From contig OZ253580.1 of NCBI GenBank assembly GCA_965263035.1, forward strand, positions 4,000,001 through 4,064,000: a DNA stretch of 64,000 nucleotides. The letters run 5' to 3'. Source of the stretch: Acidobacteriota bacterium (GTDB taxonomy: Bacteria; Acidobacteriota; UBA6911; RPQK01; JAJDTT01). The notes under the pieces were generated by a model. It was given only the letters and a program-made list of their open reading frames with translations. It was not told where the DNA came from and did no database searches. Position numbers and translations under genes: made by a program. Numbering within the stretch: position 1 is the first letter of the stretch; every line of letters starts with the position of its first letter. Shown here in pieces: positions 28,266 to 38,292 of the stretch.

Positions 28266-29381
28266 TCATTCGATCCGGTCGAAAATCCCGACGAAGGTGG
28301 GCTTCTCACTCGTGGGAACCGGGTCTCCGATCCGGGTCAGGCGGCCGTCCGAGCCGATCCGGAAGATGAGGATGGAATCGGCGTCCTGATTCGCCACCAG
28401 CAACAGCCGGCCGCTGGAATCGATGGCGAAGTTCCGGGGAATCCGGATCAATCCGTCCGCCCGCTCCCACCCGACCCGCTCCAGCCGTCCGGTCTCGGAA
28501 TCCACACGGAAAATGACGATGCTGTCGTGTCCCCGGTTGGAGGCGTAGACGAAACCTCCCGACGGGGAGACCAGAATGTGAGCGCCGGTGTTGCGGCTCC
28601 GGTCGAACCCGGCAGGCAGGGAGTCCACGGTCTCCCGAGCGGAGAGCCGGCCGGTGGCTGTGTCGTAGCGCCAGGAGTGGACCGTGCTGTTGGTCTCGTT
28701 GACGGCGTAGGCGAAGCGGCCGTTGGGATGAAACGCCAGGTGCCGGGGACCGGCTCCCTGGTCGGTGGGGGCCACCGCCGGTTCGTTCGGTTCCAGCCGG
28801 CCCGATTCGGCGTCGAAGCGGAACTGGGCAATGAAGTCGGAGTTGGTGCAAGGCACGAAGTAGTGGTTTCCGCCGGGACCGATCTGGACCATGTGGGTCT
28901 TCTTCCCCACTTTCCTCGTCTGCACGGGATCTCCCGCGGCGCCGTCGGTACCCAGGGGCAGCACCGAGACGTAACCGGCGCCGGGGTGGTAGTGAACCAC
29001 CAGCAACCAGCGTCCTGAGGGGTGCACGTGGAGGTGAGGAGGCGATCCCGGACCGACGGGAGTCCGTGAAATCCGCCGCAGGCTGCGGTCCCCGTCCTCG
29101 ATGGCCAGCGAGACCACGTGAGGCGGTTCCAAACGGTCCAGGGCATACAGGAATTTCCGGTTGGGGTGCCGTGCCACGTAGGGAAAGCTGCCCGAGTCGT
29201 CGGTGGGCCGCAGGGACCCGGCGCCCCGCTTCTCCAGGGTTCCCCGATTCAGGTCCAGGGTATGGATGTCGATCCGGCTGCTCCCGCCGGCCATGTACAC
29301 GACCGGGTCCGCCTTCCGAGCCATTCCCGTATGAGTCAGCGAGAGGATCATGAGGCAGTATCCAAGGTGTCTGAGAGTCAT
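28266..29381 (-). CDS. Lactonase family (6-phosphogluconolactonase-like) beta-propeller
   Basis: GAGPRHLAFHPNGRFAY, YASNRGHDSI, PRNFAID, VANQD. Confidence 0.9.
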   Translation of the reverse strand: MTLRHLGYCLMILSLTHTGMARKADPVVYMAGGSSRIDIHTLDLNRGTLEKRGAGSLRPTDDSGSFPYVARHPNRKFLYALDRLEPPHVVSLAIEDGDRSLRRISRTPVGPGSPPHLHVHPSGRWLLVVHYHPGAGYVSVLPLGTDGAAGDPVQTRKVGKKTHMVQIGPGGNHYFVPCTNSDFIAQFRFDAESGRLEPNEPAVAPTDQGAGPRHLAFHPNGRFAYAVNETNSTVHSWRYDTATGRLSARETVDSLPAGFDRSRNTGAHILVSPSGGFVYASNRGHDSIVIFRVDSETGRLERVGWERADGLIRIPRNFAIDSSGRLLLVANQDADSILIFRIGSDGRLTRIGDPVPTSEKPTFVGIFDRIE

Positions 29382-29453
29382 CTGTGTGCCTGCGGCGGCC
29401 CATGATAGCATGCCCTCCCCGAGATCTCGGGGAGCCAACCAGAGGAGGTTTCC

Positions 29454-30968
29454 ATGTCTCAACCGATCGATCGGCGCCAGTTCCAGAAACGGCTTTCGGC
29501 CGCTCTTGCCACCACCGCGTTGCTTCCGTTGGGATGTGCCACACAGGGTCCGGGGGGTTCAGAGACTCCGGCTTCGTCCGGAAAGGAAATTCCGGCGGGC
29601 GGCAGCGGGATCCTGAAGGTGACCCGGGGGGCTCCCGTCCTGACGGTGCCGGAGGTCATGCCGGAAGGCGCGCGCTGGCGCTACGGTCTGATTCTCCCCT
29701 TCCAGGCCGGGCCCACCACCGGCGGCGCCTTCGTCAACGTGCGCATCCGCAACGGCGTCATGGGCCACAAGATCGGGCACGGCGACTACGAGGCGGGCAA
29801 CGACGTGGTGCTCTTCGATTCCGTCGAGGGGGTTCTTCCCGGCTCGACCCTGACTCTCCACCGCAATCACGACGAGCCGAATCCCCATTCCGATCCGCCG
29901 GGGCAGACCTCCATCATGGTCAAGTACCCGATGCGGGGAGGCTTCGTTCCCTTGGGGGCGAAAAACGCTTCCGGAGCGGACCACCCGGGCGCGGGCACCG
30001 GGTTCGGCATCAGTCTGGCGCTGGCGCGGCGCAAGAAGGCATCGGACCATCCGGACGGAGCCGGCTTCAGCCTGGAGGAGAACTACCAATACTTCGAGGT
30101 GTTCCAGTTGGCCTTCGACGGCGAACGGATGCGGCAGGCCGAGGTAGAGAGGTTCCGGTCGGAAACCATGGTCAAGGGCTGGTGGATCTACAACGGCGGG
30201 CTCGCCAATGCTATTCCCTCAGGCGACGACCTCCTGCTGTGCGTGTCTGCGGCGGCGCCTGGGGGCGGGGGCAGCTATGACCCCCGCGTGCCGGGCGGCT
30301 CCGGCGTCCTGCGGTGGAGCCGGCAGGGAGGCCGGTGGCAACCCGACTCGTTCGTCATGGTGACGGGCACGGACTCCTCCAGTGAGGCCAGTCTGATCCG
30401 GGATCTGGACGGATCGCTCCTCCTCGCGGCCCGGCCCGGCCCGCAGGATTTCCACTCGGTTCGGGCCTGGCGGTCACGGGACGAGGGGGAGTCGTGGGAG
30501 CAGATCATCGATGTCCGCGGGATCATCTCCATCGCGCCCATCACTCTGAATCGGGCTCTGGACGGCACTCCATACATCGCGTCCAACATCTATCTGGTTC
30601 CCACCCACCCCATCGACCAGCGCTTCCGCCCCTTTCAAGACCGGCAAGGCCGCGTGATGGGGGGTGGCTGGACCCGGCAGAAGCTCTACCTCTGGCCGCT
30701 GAACCAGGAACGTAACGGGCTGGAGACGCCCATCCTGGCCCGGGACTGCCGGGCGGAGTTCGGTCCGCCGCCGGGAGAGTCCATGTGGCGGGTAGACCAC
30801 CCCTTTGCCGCCAATCTCCGGTTGGCGGACGAGAAATGGCACAACGTCATGGGCTACCGGATTCACGAGGATGTGGAGGACCACGACACCGTCTCGCCTC
30901 CCCAGACCGGCGCCTACCTGGAAGAGGTCATTTCGGCCGGCCAGCCGATACCTGATTGGATCTTTTGA
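29454..30968 (+). CDS. Tat lipoprotein with an Asp-box (sialidase-like propeller), function unknown
   Basis: DRRQF leader, LPLGC lipobox, WRSRDEGESW. Confidence 0.65.
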   Translation: MSQPIDRRQFQKRLSAALATTALLPLGCATQGPGGSETPASSGKEIPAGGSGILKVTRGAPVLTVPEVMPEGARWRYGLILPFQAGPTTGGAFVNVRIRNGVMGHKIGHGDYEAGNDVVLFDSVEGVLPGSTLTLHRNHDEPNPHSDPPGQTSIMVKYPMRGGFVPLGAKNASGADHPGAGTGFGISLALARRKKASDHPDGAGFSLEENYQYFEVFQLAFDGERMRQAEVERFRSETMVKGWWIYNGGLANAIPSGDDLLLCVSAAAPGGGGSYDPRVPGGSGVLRWSRQGGRWQPDSFVMVTGTDSSSEASLIRDLDGSLLLAARPGPQDFHSVRAWRSRDEGESWEQIIDVRGIISIAPITLNRALDGTPYIASNIYLVPTHPIDQRFRPFQDRQGRVMGGGWTRQKLYLWPLNQERNGLETPILARDCRAEFGPPPGESMWRVDHPFAANLRLADEKWHNVMGYRIHEDVEDHDTVSPPQTGAYLEEVISAGQPIPDWIF

Positions 30969-31212
30969 GAAGCAGGACTTATGTCAACTGGAAGACAGGA
31001 TCGTCCCCGCTGGGAGGGGAGGGGATCCCTCCCGCGACGCGGCTGAAGTTCTGGCAGTACCACTCCCGCGAGTGGACCGACTTCTGGCGCACCGACACCG
31101 GCGAGCACGTCGGCGAGCGCCTCCTGGAGTTCGGCTCCCACGATCCTGGGCGGTAACGCCGCCCGGCTGTTCGGTCTGGAGCGTTCGGCGCTGGCAGGCT
31201 GAAGCCGCCGGG

Positions 31213-31614
31213 TCACGCCCGCTGGTAGACCAGGGCGGCAGCGAGTCCGCAGGCGACGACCTGGATCGTCCCATAGACGAACCAAGCCATGGCCATCGAG
31301 AGAGTGATGGGCTGCACGGCATAGGTGGCGAACGCCATCGGGACGGAGATCAGGAGTCCGACCAGCAGTCCGTACCGAATCCCTTCCATGGGACCCTTCC
31401 CTTCGTAACCCTTGGTGAAGATATAGGTGAAAAGCAGGGACCAGATCGCGGCGACCAGGTAGATCAGGCCCAGGTTGATCTCCTCCGGCATGCGCCACAA
31501 TGAGTAGGTCTCCTGGTAGAAGGGTGTCATGAGCACCTGATGGATGATGAATCCCAATACCTCATGCACGACGAAAACCGCCGCGACGGCCAAGAAAAAC
31601 CTCTTGTTATTCAT
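31213..31614 (-). CDS. Four-TM membrane protein (DUF1761-like), paralog A
   Basis: MNNKRFFLAV...YQRA; RBS AAGGAAGGA; highly similar to 31734-32147. Confidence 0.8.
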   Translation of the reverse strand: MNNKRFFLAVAAVFVVHEVLGFIIHQVLMTPFYQETYSLWRMPEEINLGLIYLVAAIWSLLFTYIFTKGYEGKGPMEGIRYGLLVGLLISVPMAFATYAVQPITLSMAMAWFVYGTIQVVACGLAAALVYQRA

Positions 31615-31733
31615 TTTCGTTCCTTCCTTGAATTGAATCCGGTGCCCTATTGCATGGGGGTGACCCGAGAGTATCGACCCGTCTCGACTATTGCAGCACC
31701 GCCTCGTCGCATTCCTGATGGGGAAGCGCCGAT

Positions 31734-32147
31734 CTACGCCCGCTGGTAGACCAGGGCAGCGGCGAATCCGCAAGCTATGGTCTGGACCAGTCCGTACCCG
31801 TACCAGTGCACGGCCATCGAGAGAGTGATGGGCATCACGGCATAGTTGACGAACAGTGCGGGGAAGAAGATGAGATTGCCGATCAGCAGTCCGTACCGGC
31901 CCCCTTCCATGAGACCTTTCCCCTCGTAGCCTTGCGTGAAGACAGCCATGAAGAACAGGGAAAAGATCAGGCCGCCCAGAAAGACCAGGCCCGAGTTGAT
32001 GTCCCCAGGCATACGCCACATGGAATAGGTCTCCTGGTAGAAGGGTGTCATGAGCACCTGATGAATGGTGTAGCCCAGGACCTCATGCACGACCAGAACC
32101 GCTACGAGGGCCAAGAAGAATTTCTTGCTGTTCACGTTAGTGCTCAT
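31734..32147 (-). CDS. Four-TM membrane protein (DUF1761-like), paralog B
   Basis: Shares HEVLG..IHQVLMTPFYQETYS.WRMP, GYEGKG.MEG.RYGLL and PITLSMA with paralog A. Confidence 0.8.
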   Translation of the reverse strand: MSTNVNSKKFFLALVAVLVVHEVLGYTIHQVLMTPFYQETYSMWRMPGDINSGLVFLGGLIFSLFFMAVFTQGYEGKGLMEGGRYGLLIGNLIFFPALFVNYAVMPITLSMAVHWYGYGLVQTIACGFAAALVYQRA

Positions 32148-32489
32148 TCGCTTTCCTCCCACGAAATGAATCCTGTGTCGTACCGCACGGCAAGACGCGA
32201 ACGCCTCGTGCCGGCTCCAATATGCCACCGCCGTCACCCGCCATTCCGGTGAAGAGCCGGGGGTCGAGCTTGGAGAGGTCGTCCACACAGGCCCGAAAGT
32301 CGGTCACAGTGCGATGGAGCTTCGCACGGATTGGCTCGGGACCGATCTGCAACCGCATCGACAAGGACTCGATTCTTGTTCGCGGTGCCGGCTGAATCAA
32401 TGGTGCAACCTCGCAATCATGGACTTGACCTCCAGGAATACAAGGTTTTTCAAGGGGACAAGATAATTGGCCCCATTTCCTGCTTGTCG

Positions 32490-32520
32490 ATAGGTGTACT
32501 GTGTGATATAGTACACCTAT
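32490..32520. promoter_or_regulatory. YtrA/GntR operator overlapping promoter and start codon
   Basis: Perfect 11-bp inverted repeat ATAGGTGTACT-N9-AGTACACCTAT; TTGTCG and TATAGT promoter-like hexamers. Confidence 0.8.
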
Positions 32521-32932
32521 GCTTCCCTTTACGGTCCGGTTGCGCACCGGGGTCTCGGTCTACCGCCAACTGGTCTATGCGGTTCAGAAGGCGGTGGTCT
32601 CGGGACAGTTGCTTCCCGGCGACCGGTTTCCTTCCGTACGCAACCTGAGCCAGGAACTCCGGATCAATCCCAACACGGCTCAGAAGGTGGTGAGGCGGCT
32701 GGTGGATCAGGGGCTCCTCGAAGTCCAGCCGGGCATCGGCACCATCGTCGGCCAGCTTCCTGAGGCAACGCCACGAGAACGCTCGGCGCTGCTGGAGGAC
32801 GAGGTCGAGCAGGTGGTGGTGGAGGCGAGAAGGTTGTCCCTCACCCGGGATCAACTGGTTCGAGCCGTCGAGGACCAGTGGGACCGCCTCTCGCAAGCCC
32901 GGAACCCGCGGAAGCAGGAGAAGGAGGACTGA
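32519..32932 (+). CDS. GntR-family (YtrA subfamily) regulator
   Basis: PSVRNLSQELRINPNTAQK; short C-domain; precedes an ABC ATPase. Confidence 0.9.
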   Translation: MLPFTVRLRTGVSVYRQLVYAVQKAVVSGQLLPGDRFPSVRNLSQELRINPNTAQKVVRRLVDQGLLEVQPGIGTIVGQLPEATPRERSALLEDEVEQVVVEARRLSLTRDQLVRAVEDQWDRLSQARNPRKQEKED

Positions 32933-32933
32933 G

Positions 32934-33851
32934 ATGAACGCCGTAATCGAAGCCCGAGGACTGACCCGTCGATTTTGGAAGACCGTCGCCGTCAGGGATC
33001 TCTCTCTGGAGGTCCCGGCCGGCAGCATCTTCGCCCTGCTCGGGCCCAACGGCGCCGGTAAGACCACGCTCATCAAGATGGTCATGAACATGATCCGGCC
33101 CTCAGGCGGCAGGGCCGTGATTCTGGGGACCGATTCGCTCCGGTTGGGACCGCTCCAGTTGGAACGGATCGGTTACGTCTCCGAGAATCAGGAGCTTCCG
33201 GAATGGATGACTGTCCAGGAGCTGATCGATTACTGCCGGTCCTTTTACCCGGCTTGGGACGACGACTTGTGCCGCCGGCTGATCCACCAGTTCAACCTCC
33301 CCCTGGCGCGGAAGCTGAAGACTTTTTCCCGAGGGATGAAGGTCAAGGCGGCGCTGTTGTCGTCCCTTTCCTACCGGCCGGAACTGATGATTCTGGACGA
33401 GCCCTTCACCGGCCTGGACGCCCTGGTCCGGGATGAACTGATTCGGGGTCTGCTGGAAGTGACGGAACAGGAGAAGCGGACCATTTTCATCGCGTCCCAC
33501 GATATCGACGAAGTGGAGCGTCTGGCCGATTGGGTGGGAGTGATCCACAAGGGCGAGATGCAGTTGTCCGAGCCCGCCGCGTCGCTGCGGGCCCGTTTCC
33601 GTCAATGCGAGGCGACATTGGAGCCAGGCCAGGAGCTACCGGAGACGTTGCCGGAAACATGGCTGCTGGCAGAGCGGGCCGGACAGGTCCTCCGTTTCGT
33701 GGACAGCGGATTCCAAAACCAGACTGGCGCGGAAGACATTCGGGAGGTCCTTCCGGAGATCAAGGCCCTGGACGTGAGTCCCATGGCGCTGAAGGAGATC
33801 TTTCTGGCTCTGGCCCGGACCTACCGGCTCTACGATGAGGAGGAGGCATGA
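32934..33851 (+). CDS. ABC transporter ATP-binding protein (YtrB-like)
   Basis: GPNGAGKTT, FSRGM, ILDEP, SHD. Confidence 0.95.
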   Translation: MNAVIEARGLTRRFWKTVAVRDLSLEVPAGSIFALLGPNGAGKTTLIKMVMNMIRPSGGRAVILGTDSLRLGPLQLERIGYVSENQELPEWMTVQELIDYCRSFYPAWDDDLCRRLIHQFNLPLARKLKTFSRGMKVKAALLSSLSYRPELMILDEPFTGLDALVRDELIRGLLEVTEQEKRTIFIASHDIDEVERLADWVGVIHKGEMQLSEPAASLRARFRQCEATLEPGQELPETLPETWLLAERAGQVLRFVDSGFQNQTGAEDIREVLPEIKALDVSPMALKEIFLALARTYRLYDEEEA

Positions 33852-35500
33852 AGCTGGTCTGGCACATCGTTCGCAAGGACTTTCGGCGCCTGCGTCTCTA
33901 CTTGGCCGGGTGGTTGGGATTGTTGATCGTCGCGCCCATTGTCGTCGCGCTCGATTGGGGCCTACATTTCCCCTCGATCATTCTTGTTGGAGTGCTGAAG
34001 ATTGTCTCCCTGGCGTTGATTGTTTCGATGTCGGTTCAGGGCGACTCTCTCGTGGGCAGCACGTCATTCTGGCTGAGCAGGCCCGTTTCCGCTCGGCAGC
34101 TACTGGCGGGCAAGTCGGTCTTTTTGGCGGGCGCACTGATTTTCCCGACTCTTTTGGTGGAAGTCCTATTTCTCCTTTTTAATAGAGTGACCGCGTGGGA
34201 CATCCTTCGTTCCGTTCCTCAGACCCTGTTCTACTCTATCTTGGCAGTTGCAATCCTCATGGTGCTAGCGGCTGTGACTCGTAACCTTCTCCAGATGCTG
34301 GCTTTTGGACTTGTCTCTGTGGTCGTTATGACTCTGTTATTTATTGTAACAGCGGAGATCTTGCCTTCTAGCCATCGCTTCGCTATCGATCCTATGGCCA
34401 GGATGACTCTGCAAAGTTCGAAATGGATAGGTTTTTTTCTGTGCCTTACGGTAACGGCCGTGATCATGGTCTGCATTCAGTATCTGACCCGACGGACCAA
34501 GCTAAATGCAATCCTGACATTGTCGGCACTTCTCCCCTGCATTCTGCTAGCGCAATTGTGGAAATGGGACATCGTGGCTGCGGTACGGAGACCGGAGCGT
34601 ACTATCGTAGATCCGGGGAGGTTTGCGGCACGGATCGACCAGCAGAGTCTCAGGTTTTACCAAAAGGCCTCTACGTCGTTGCGAGACAGACGGATGGTTC
34701 TCCACGGGACCATCGTAGTTGAGAATCATCTTCCCGATCTGATTGTCGTGCCAATTCAGGTCCGTTCCAACGTGTCATTTGGATCCGGATTATTTGGATC
34801 CGGAGATTTCGGCTATAGCGAGCGCGACGTGAACGAGTATGAAGACAGGCAACTTAGAGCCGGAGGCTTTGATTTTGGTGACTTGGATCTGGATGACGGG
34901 CGAGTCGAGGTTTTAGAAGAGGCTCTTGGGGGTGTGCGACTTATAGCCAACAAGTACAGACTTGAACCTGGGTATGTTCCCAGTTTCTTGGAGATTCCCG
35001 TAGAGGACTATGAAAGAAGGGCGGCAACCGGTGGCAAGCTCTCGGCGAAGGTAGATTTCTTGATTCAAAAGCTTGAGATCACGCCGCTGGCCATGGAAGA
35101 GGGCGCTAGATATCGCCGTGGCTCAGATCGCGCCGAAGTCCACGAAGTGACCATTAATGTAAGACATATGGTATGGATCAGCCTGAAGGAGTCAAGCCAT
35201 AGGCTGTTGTCGGATCAGCTGGAACGCAGGTGGTACGTTATGCGTAATCGCTCTCGGGGGGAGGCACTATTGGGGGACGAACTTAGCTCCAACTATTTCG
35301 GGGGAGTTCGTTTCATTCTCCCTACAGTGAGTTCCAATTATTTGCGGCTAGATTTCTCCCTGCCCTCGAATGATCCCTCTTACGGTTCTGAATGGTTCGA
35401 AGGATCTGAACTCTTCAGAATCGACGTCACGTATCTGGGTTCTTTCTCCAAAACGATCCGAATGGAGAACCTCGTCCTGAAGGACATCCCCGGTCCCTGA
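33848..35500 (+). CDS. ABC permease-like membrane protein with large C-terminal soluble domain
   Basis: HIVRKDFRRL, FWLSRPVS..LLAGK, ~7 TM segments; ATGA overlap with the ATPase. Confidence 0.8.
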   Translation: MKLVWHIVRKDFRRLRLYLAGWLGLLIVAPIVVALDWGLHFPSIILVGVLKIVSLALIVSMSVQGDSLVGSTSFWLSRPVSARQLLAGKSVFLAGALIFPTLLVEVLFLLFNRVTAWDILRSVPQTLFYSILAVAILMVLAAVTRNLLQMLAFGLVSVVVMTLLFIVTAEILPSSHRFAIDPMARMTLQSSKWIGFFLCLTVTAVIMVCIQYLTRRTKLNAILTLSALLPCILLAQLWKWDIVAAVRRPERTIVDPGRFAARIDQQSLRFYQKASTSLRDRRMVLHGTIVVENHLPDLIVVPIQVRSNVSFGSGLFGSGDFGYSERDVNEYEDRQLRAGGFDFGDLDLDDGRVEVLEEALGGVRLIANKYRLEPGYVPSFLEIPVEDYERRAATGGKLSAKVDFLIQKLEITPLAMEEGARYRRGSDRAEVHEVTINVRHMVWISLKESSHRLLSDQLERRWYVMRNRSRGEALLGDELSSNYFGGVRFILPTVSSNYLRLDFSLPSNDPSYGSEWFEGSELFRIDVTYLGSFSKTIRMENLVLKDIPGP

Positions 35501-35562
35501 CCGGCTCGATTGTTGATTCCGGGGTATCCGGCTGCTATCAATCTCGCAAGGAGGAAGCGCCA

Positions 35563-37119
35563 ATGAAGCCCGGACCACGCCAAACGAATCGTAACGATCA
35601 ACTGGACCGACGCCGATTCATCCAGGGGAGCGCCGTCACCGCCCTGACCGCGGCCGCTTCCTGCGCCGGACCGGGAAGCGATTCCGGCGGCCCCGCAACG
35701 GCCATCGAACTGGAGAACCGCAAGCCGGGCACCCGGGACTGGCAGCTGACCCGGGTCTGGGTCGACCGCGGAAGCTACCGCAGCGCCCACGTCGAGGGGT
35801 ACTGCTCCCACCAGTCCATCGAGGCGGGCGACACTCTCTCCATCTTCGTCAGCGCCGAACCCGCCCGCCCCTTCCGGGTGGACATCTACCGGATGGGCTA
35901 CTACGGCGGCCACGGCGGACGCCTGATGAAGACGGTGGGGCCGTTGGAGGGCAAGCCCCAACCCTTGCCGGAGGTCGGGCTCAATCGGCTGCGCGAGTGC
36001 CGCTGGGAACCGAGCCTCGAATTCAAGATCCCCGAGGACTGGACCAGCGGAGTCTATCTGGGCAAGCTCACCACGCTCCCGGCGGGGAACCAGCCCTACT
36101 GGCAGAGCTACGTGATCTTCATCGTCCGGGACCGGCGGCCGGCGCACCTGCTCTTCCAGTGCTCGGACAACACCTGGCAGGCCTACAACCGCTGGCCCGA
36201 CAACTATTCCCTCTACACCCATCCCGAGGGGGCCCATCATCCCGGTGTGGCGGCCAGCTTCGACCGGCCCTACGCCAAGTTCCCCATGTTCGCCGATTTC
36301 CCCCTTTCGGTGGGGACGGGGGAGTTCCTGCTCTGGGAGTATCCCCTCTGCTACTGGATGGAACGGGAAGGGCTGGACGTCACCTATTGCAGCAACAGCG
36401 ACGTGCTCGAACCGTCGTTCGTGACCCGCTGCCGGGCCTTCGTCAGCGTCGGACACGACGAGTACTGGGATCTGGCCCAGTACCGGGCCATCGAGACCGC
36501 CATAGGTGAAGGAGTCAACGTCCTCTGGCTCAGCGCCAACGACGTCTACATGGTCAGTCCCTTCACCGCGTCCGCGACCGGCGCCCCCAACCGGATCATC
36601 ACCCGGCTCCACAGCTACGGCCCCTTGCGTCCCGAAGAGATCGAGAGATATTCGGAGATTCTGGGTCCCTTCGAGGGGGCCGGCCCCGACGAGCGGAACA
36701 TCATCGGTGCCCGCACCGTGGTCCCCTTCAATGGATCCGGCGACTGGATCTGCACGGCTCCGGATCACTGGATCTTCGAGGGGACCGGCATGGCGAAGGG
36801 GGACTTCATTTCGGGTCTGGTGGGCTGGGAGTTTCACGGCGACCCGGACCTGGAGCGGGAGGGCCTCGAGGTCGTGGCCCAAGGGACCGTCTGGACCCAC
36901 GGAGTGACTCCGGGCGAGTGGGCCGCCACCATCTTCCCCGGTCCCAAGGGGAACTTCGTCTTCAATGCTTCCACCATCTTCTGGGCGCAGGGTCTGGACT
37001 CTCCGCCGGGGCACACGGTGCCTTGGACTCACTTCACCCGGCCCCTCGGCCCCGACCCGAGGGTGCAGCGCATCACCCGGAACCTCATCGACCGGGCCGC
37101 CGCGCCGAACCCCCTCTGA
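35563..37119 (+). CDS. N,N-dimethylformamidase beta-subunit family protein (Tat lipoprotein)
   Basis: DRRRF leader, AASC lipobox, IYRMGYYGG, TWQAYN, SFDRPY, SVGHDEYW. Confidence 0.8.
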   Translation: MKPGPRQTNRNDQLDRRRFIQGSAVTALTAAASCAGPGSDSGGPATAIELENRKPGTRDWQLTRVWVDRGSYRSAHVEGYCSHQSIEAGDTLSIFVSAEPARPFRVDIYRMGYYGGHGGRLMKTVGPLEGKPQPLPEVGLNRLRECRWEPSLEFKIPEDWTSGVYLGKLTTLPAGNQPYWQSYVIFIVRDRRPAHLLFQCSDNTWQAYNRWPDNYSLYTHPEGAHHPGVAASFDRPYAKFPMFADFPLSVGTGEFLLWEYPLCYWMEREGLDVTYCSNSDVLEPSFVTRCRAFVSVGHDEYWDLAQYRAIETAIGEGVNVLWLSANDVYMVSPFTASATGAPNRIITRLHSYGPLRPEEIERYSEILGPFEGAGPDERNIIGARTVVPFNGSGDWICTAPDHWIFEGTGMAKGDFISGLVGWEFHGDPDLEREGLEVVAQGTVWTHGVTPGEWAATIFPGPKGNFVFNASTIFWAQGLDSPPGHTVPWTHFTRPLGPDPRVQRITRNLIDRAAAPNPL

Positions 37120-37136
37120 GGGAACGCCCCATCGCC

Positions 37137-38042
37137 ATGAGCCTGACGTTGTTGGTGCTGGCCGCCGGAATGGGCAGCCGCTACGGAGGCCTCAAGCAGA
37201 TCGACCCGGTGGGACCCGGCGGGGAGACGCTGCTGGACTACTCCGTCTACGACGCCGTCCGCGCCGGTTTCGGCCGCGTGGTCTTCGTCGTGCGCGCGGA
37301 CATGGAGTCGGATTTCCGGAATGCGGTGGGGAGGAGGATCGAGCGGCAGGTGGCGGTGGAATACTGCCGCCAGGAGCTGGATAGGGTTCCCGGGTGGTTC
37401 TCAATTCCGCCTGAGCGCCGCAAGCCCTGGGGGACGGGACATGCCGTGCTGGCGGCCCGGGACGCCATCGGCGGGAACTTCGCCGCAATCAACGCCGACG
37501 ATTTCTACGGCGCCGGCTCCTACCGGAAGCTGGCTGGCCACCTCGAGCAGGCGGCAGGCGGCCGCGGGGGCGACTACGGCATGGTGGGATTCCGTTTGCG
37601 CGATACGCTCTCGGATCACGGCACCGTGGCCCGGGGGGTCTGCCGCAGCCGACAGGGTCTCCTGGATCAGGTGGCGGAGATGACGCGAATCGAGAAGACC
37701 GGCCGGGGAGCTCGCTACACCGGCCCGGCGGGGCGGGTCCACGCCCTCTCCGGGGACGAGCTGGTATCCATGAACATGTGGGGGTTCACCCCCACCATCT
37801 TCGAACACCTGGGACGGGCGTTCCACCGGTTCCTGGAAGAACGGGGCGGGGAAGAGGGGGCCGAGTTCATGATTCCCACCCTGGTCAACGACCTCGCCGC
37901 CGCCGGCCAAGTGAGGGTCCGGGTGCTCAGTGCCGTCGATGCCTGGTTCGGGGTCACCTACCGGGAGGACCGCGACCGGGTCACGAGTCAGCTTCGGGAG
38001 CTGGTGCGCCGCGGATCCTATCCCACCCCCCTTTGGGGATAA
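37137..38042 (+). CDS. Sugar-phosphate nucleotidyltransferase family protein
   Basis: VLAAGMGSRYGGLKQ, KPWGTGHAVL, INADDFYG, WFGVTY. Confidence 0.9.
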   Translation: MSLTLLVLAAGMGSRYGGLKQIDPVGPGGETLLDYSVYDAVRAGFGRVVFVVRADMESDFRNAVGRRIERQVAVEYCRQELDRVPGWFSIPPERRKPWGTGHAVLAARDAIGGNFAAINADDFYGAGSYRKLAGHLEQAAGGRGGDYGMVGFRLRDTLSDHGTVARGVCRSRQGLLDQVAEMTRIEKTGRGARYTGPAGRVHALSGDELVSMNMWGFTPTIFEHLGRAFHRFLEERGGEEGAEFMIPTLVNDLAAAGQVRVRVLSAVDAWFGVTYREDRDRVTSQLRELVRRGSYPTPLWG

Positions 38043-38121
38043 TCGGGAATTGGGAACTGATCCCTCATAGAAGCTGGTCCACCGGCCGCGGGTTCGTGCA
38101 ATCCGGGCAGGAAAAAGGGGC

Positions 38122-38194
38122 GTGGGAGCGGAGGCTTTTCAGCCGGCGGTTCCGGGTCGGCGTTGAAGAGGGGGACAAGACTGTCCTCCCTCCC
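38122..38194. repeat. REP/BIME-like palindrome pair
   Basis: GTGGGAGCGGAGGCTTTTCAGCC...GGGGACAagacTGTCCTCCCTCCC, an inverted homolog of 22843-22902. Confidence 0.6.
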
Positions 38195-38240
38195 GGATCG
38201 CCTCTGCGTGGCAGGCGTCTTCGGATAATTTGGCGATTAT

Positions 38241-38292
38241 TTTGCTATAAATAGTAAATTGTGAGTCAGTTTTTACTATTGATAGTAAAAAC
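38241..38292. promoter_or_regulatory. Tandem palindromic operator TTTRCTAT-NN-ATAGTAAA (two copies)
   Basis: tttgctataaatagtaaa (38241-38258) and gtttttactattgatagtaaaaac (38269-38292) in an AT-rich patch. Confidence 0.7.

Noticed and set aside
32200-32370. Possible remnant of a DinB-like gene (RAKLHRTVTDFRACVDDL, minus strand)
   Set aside because: Too short, and the similarity too weak, to support without a search.
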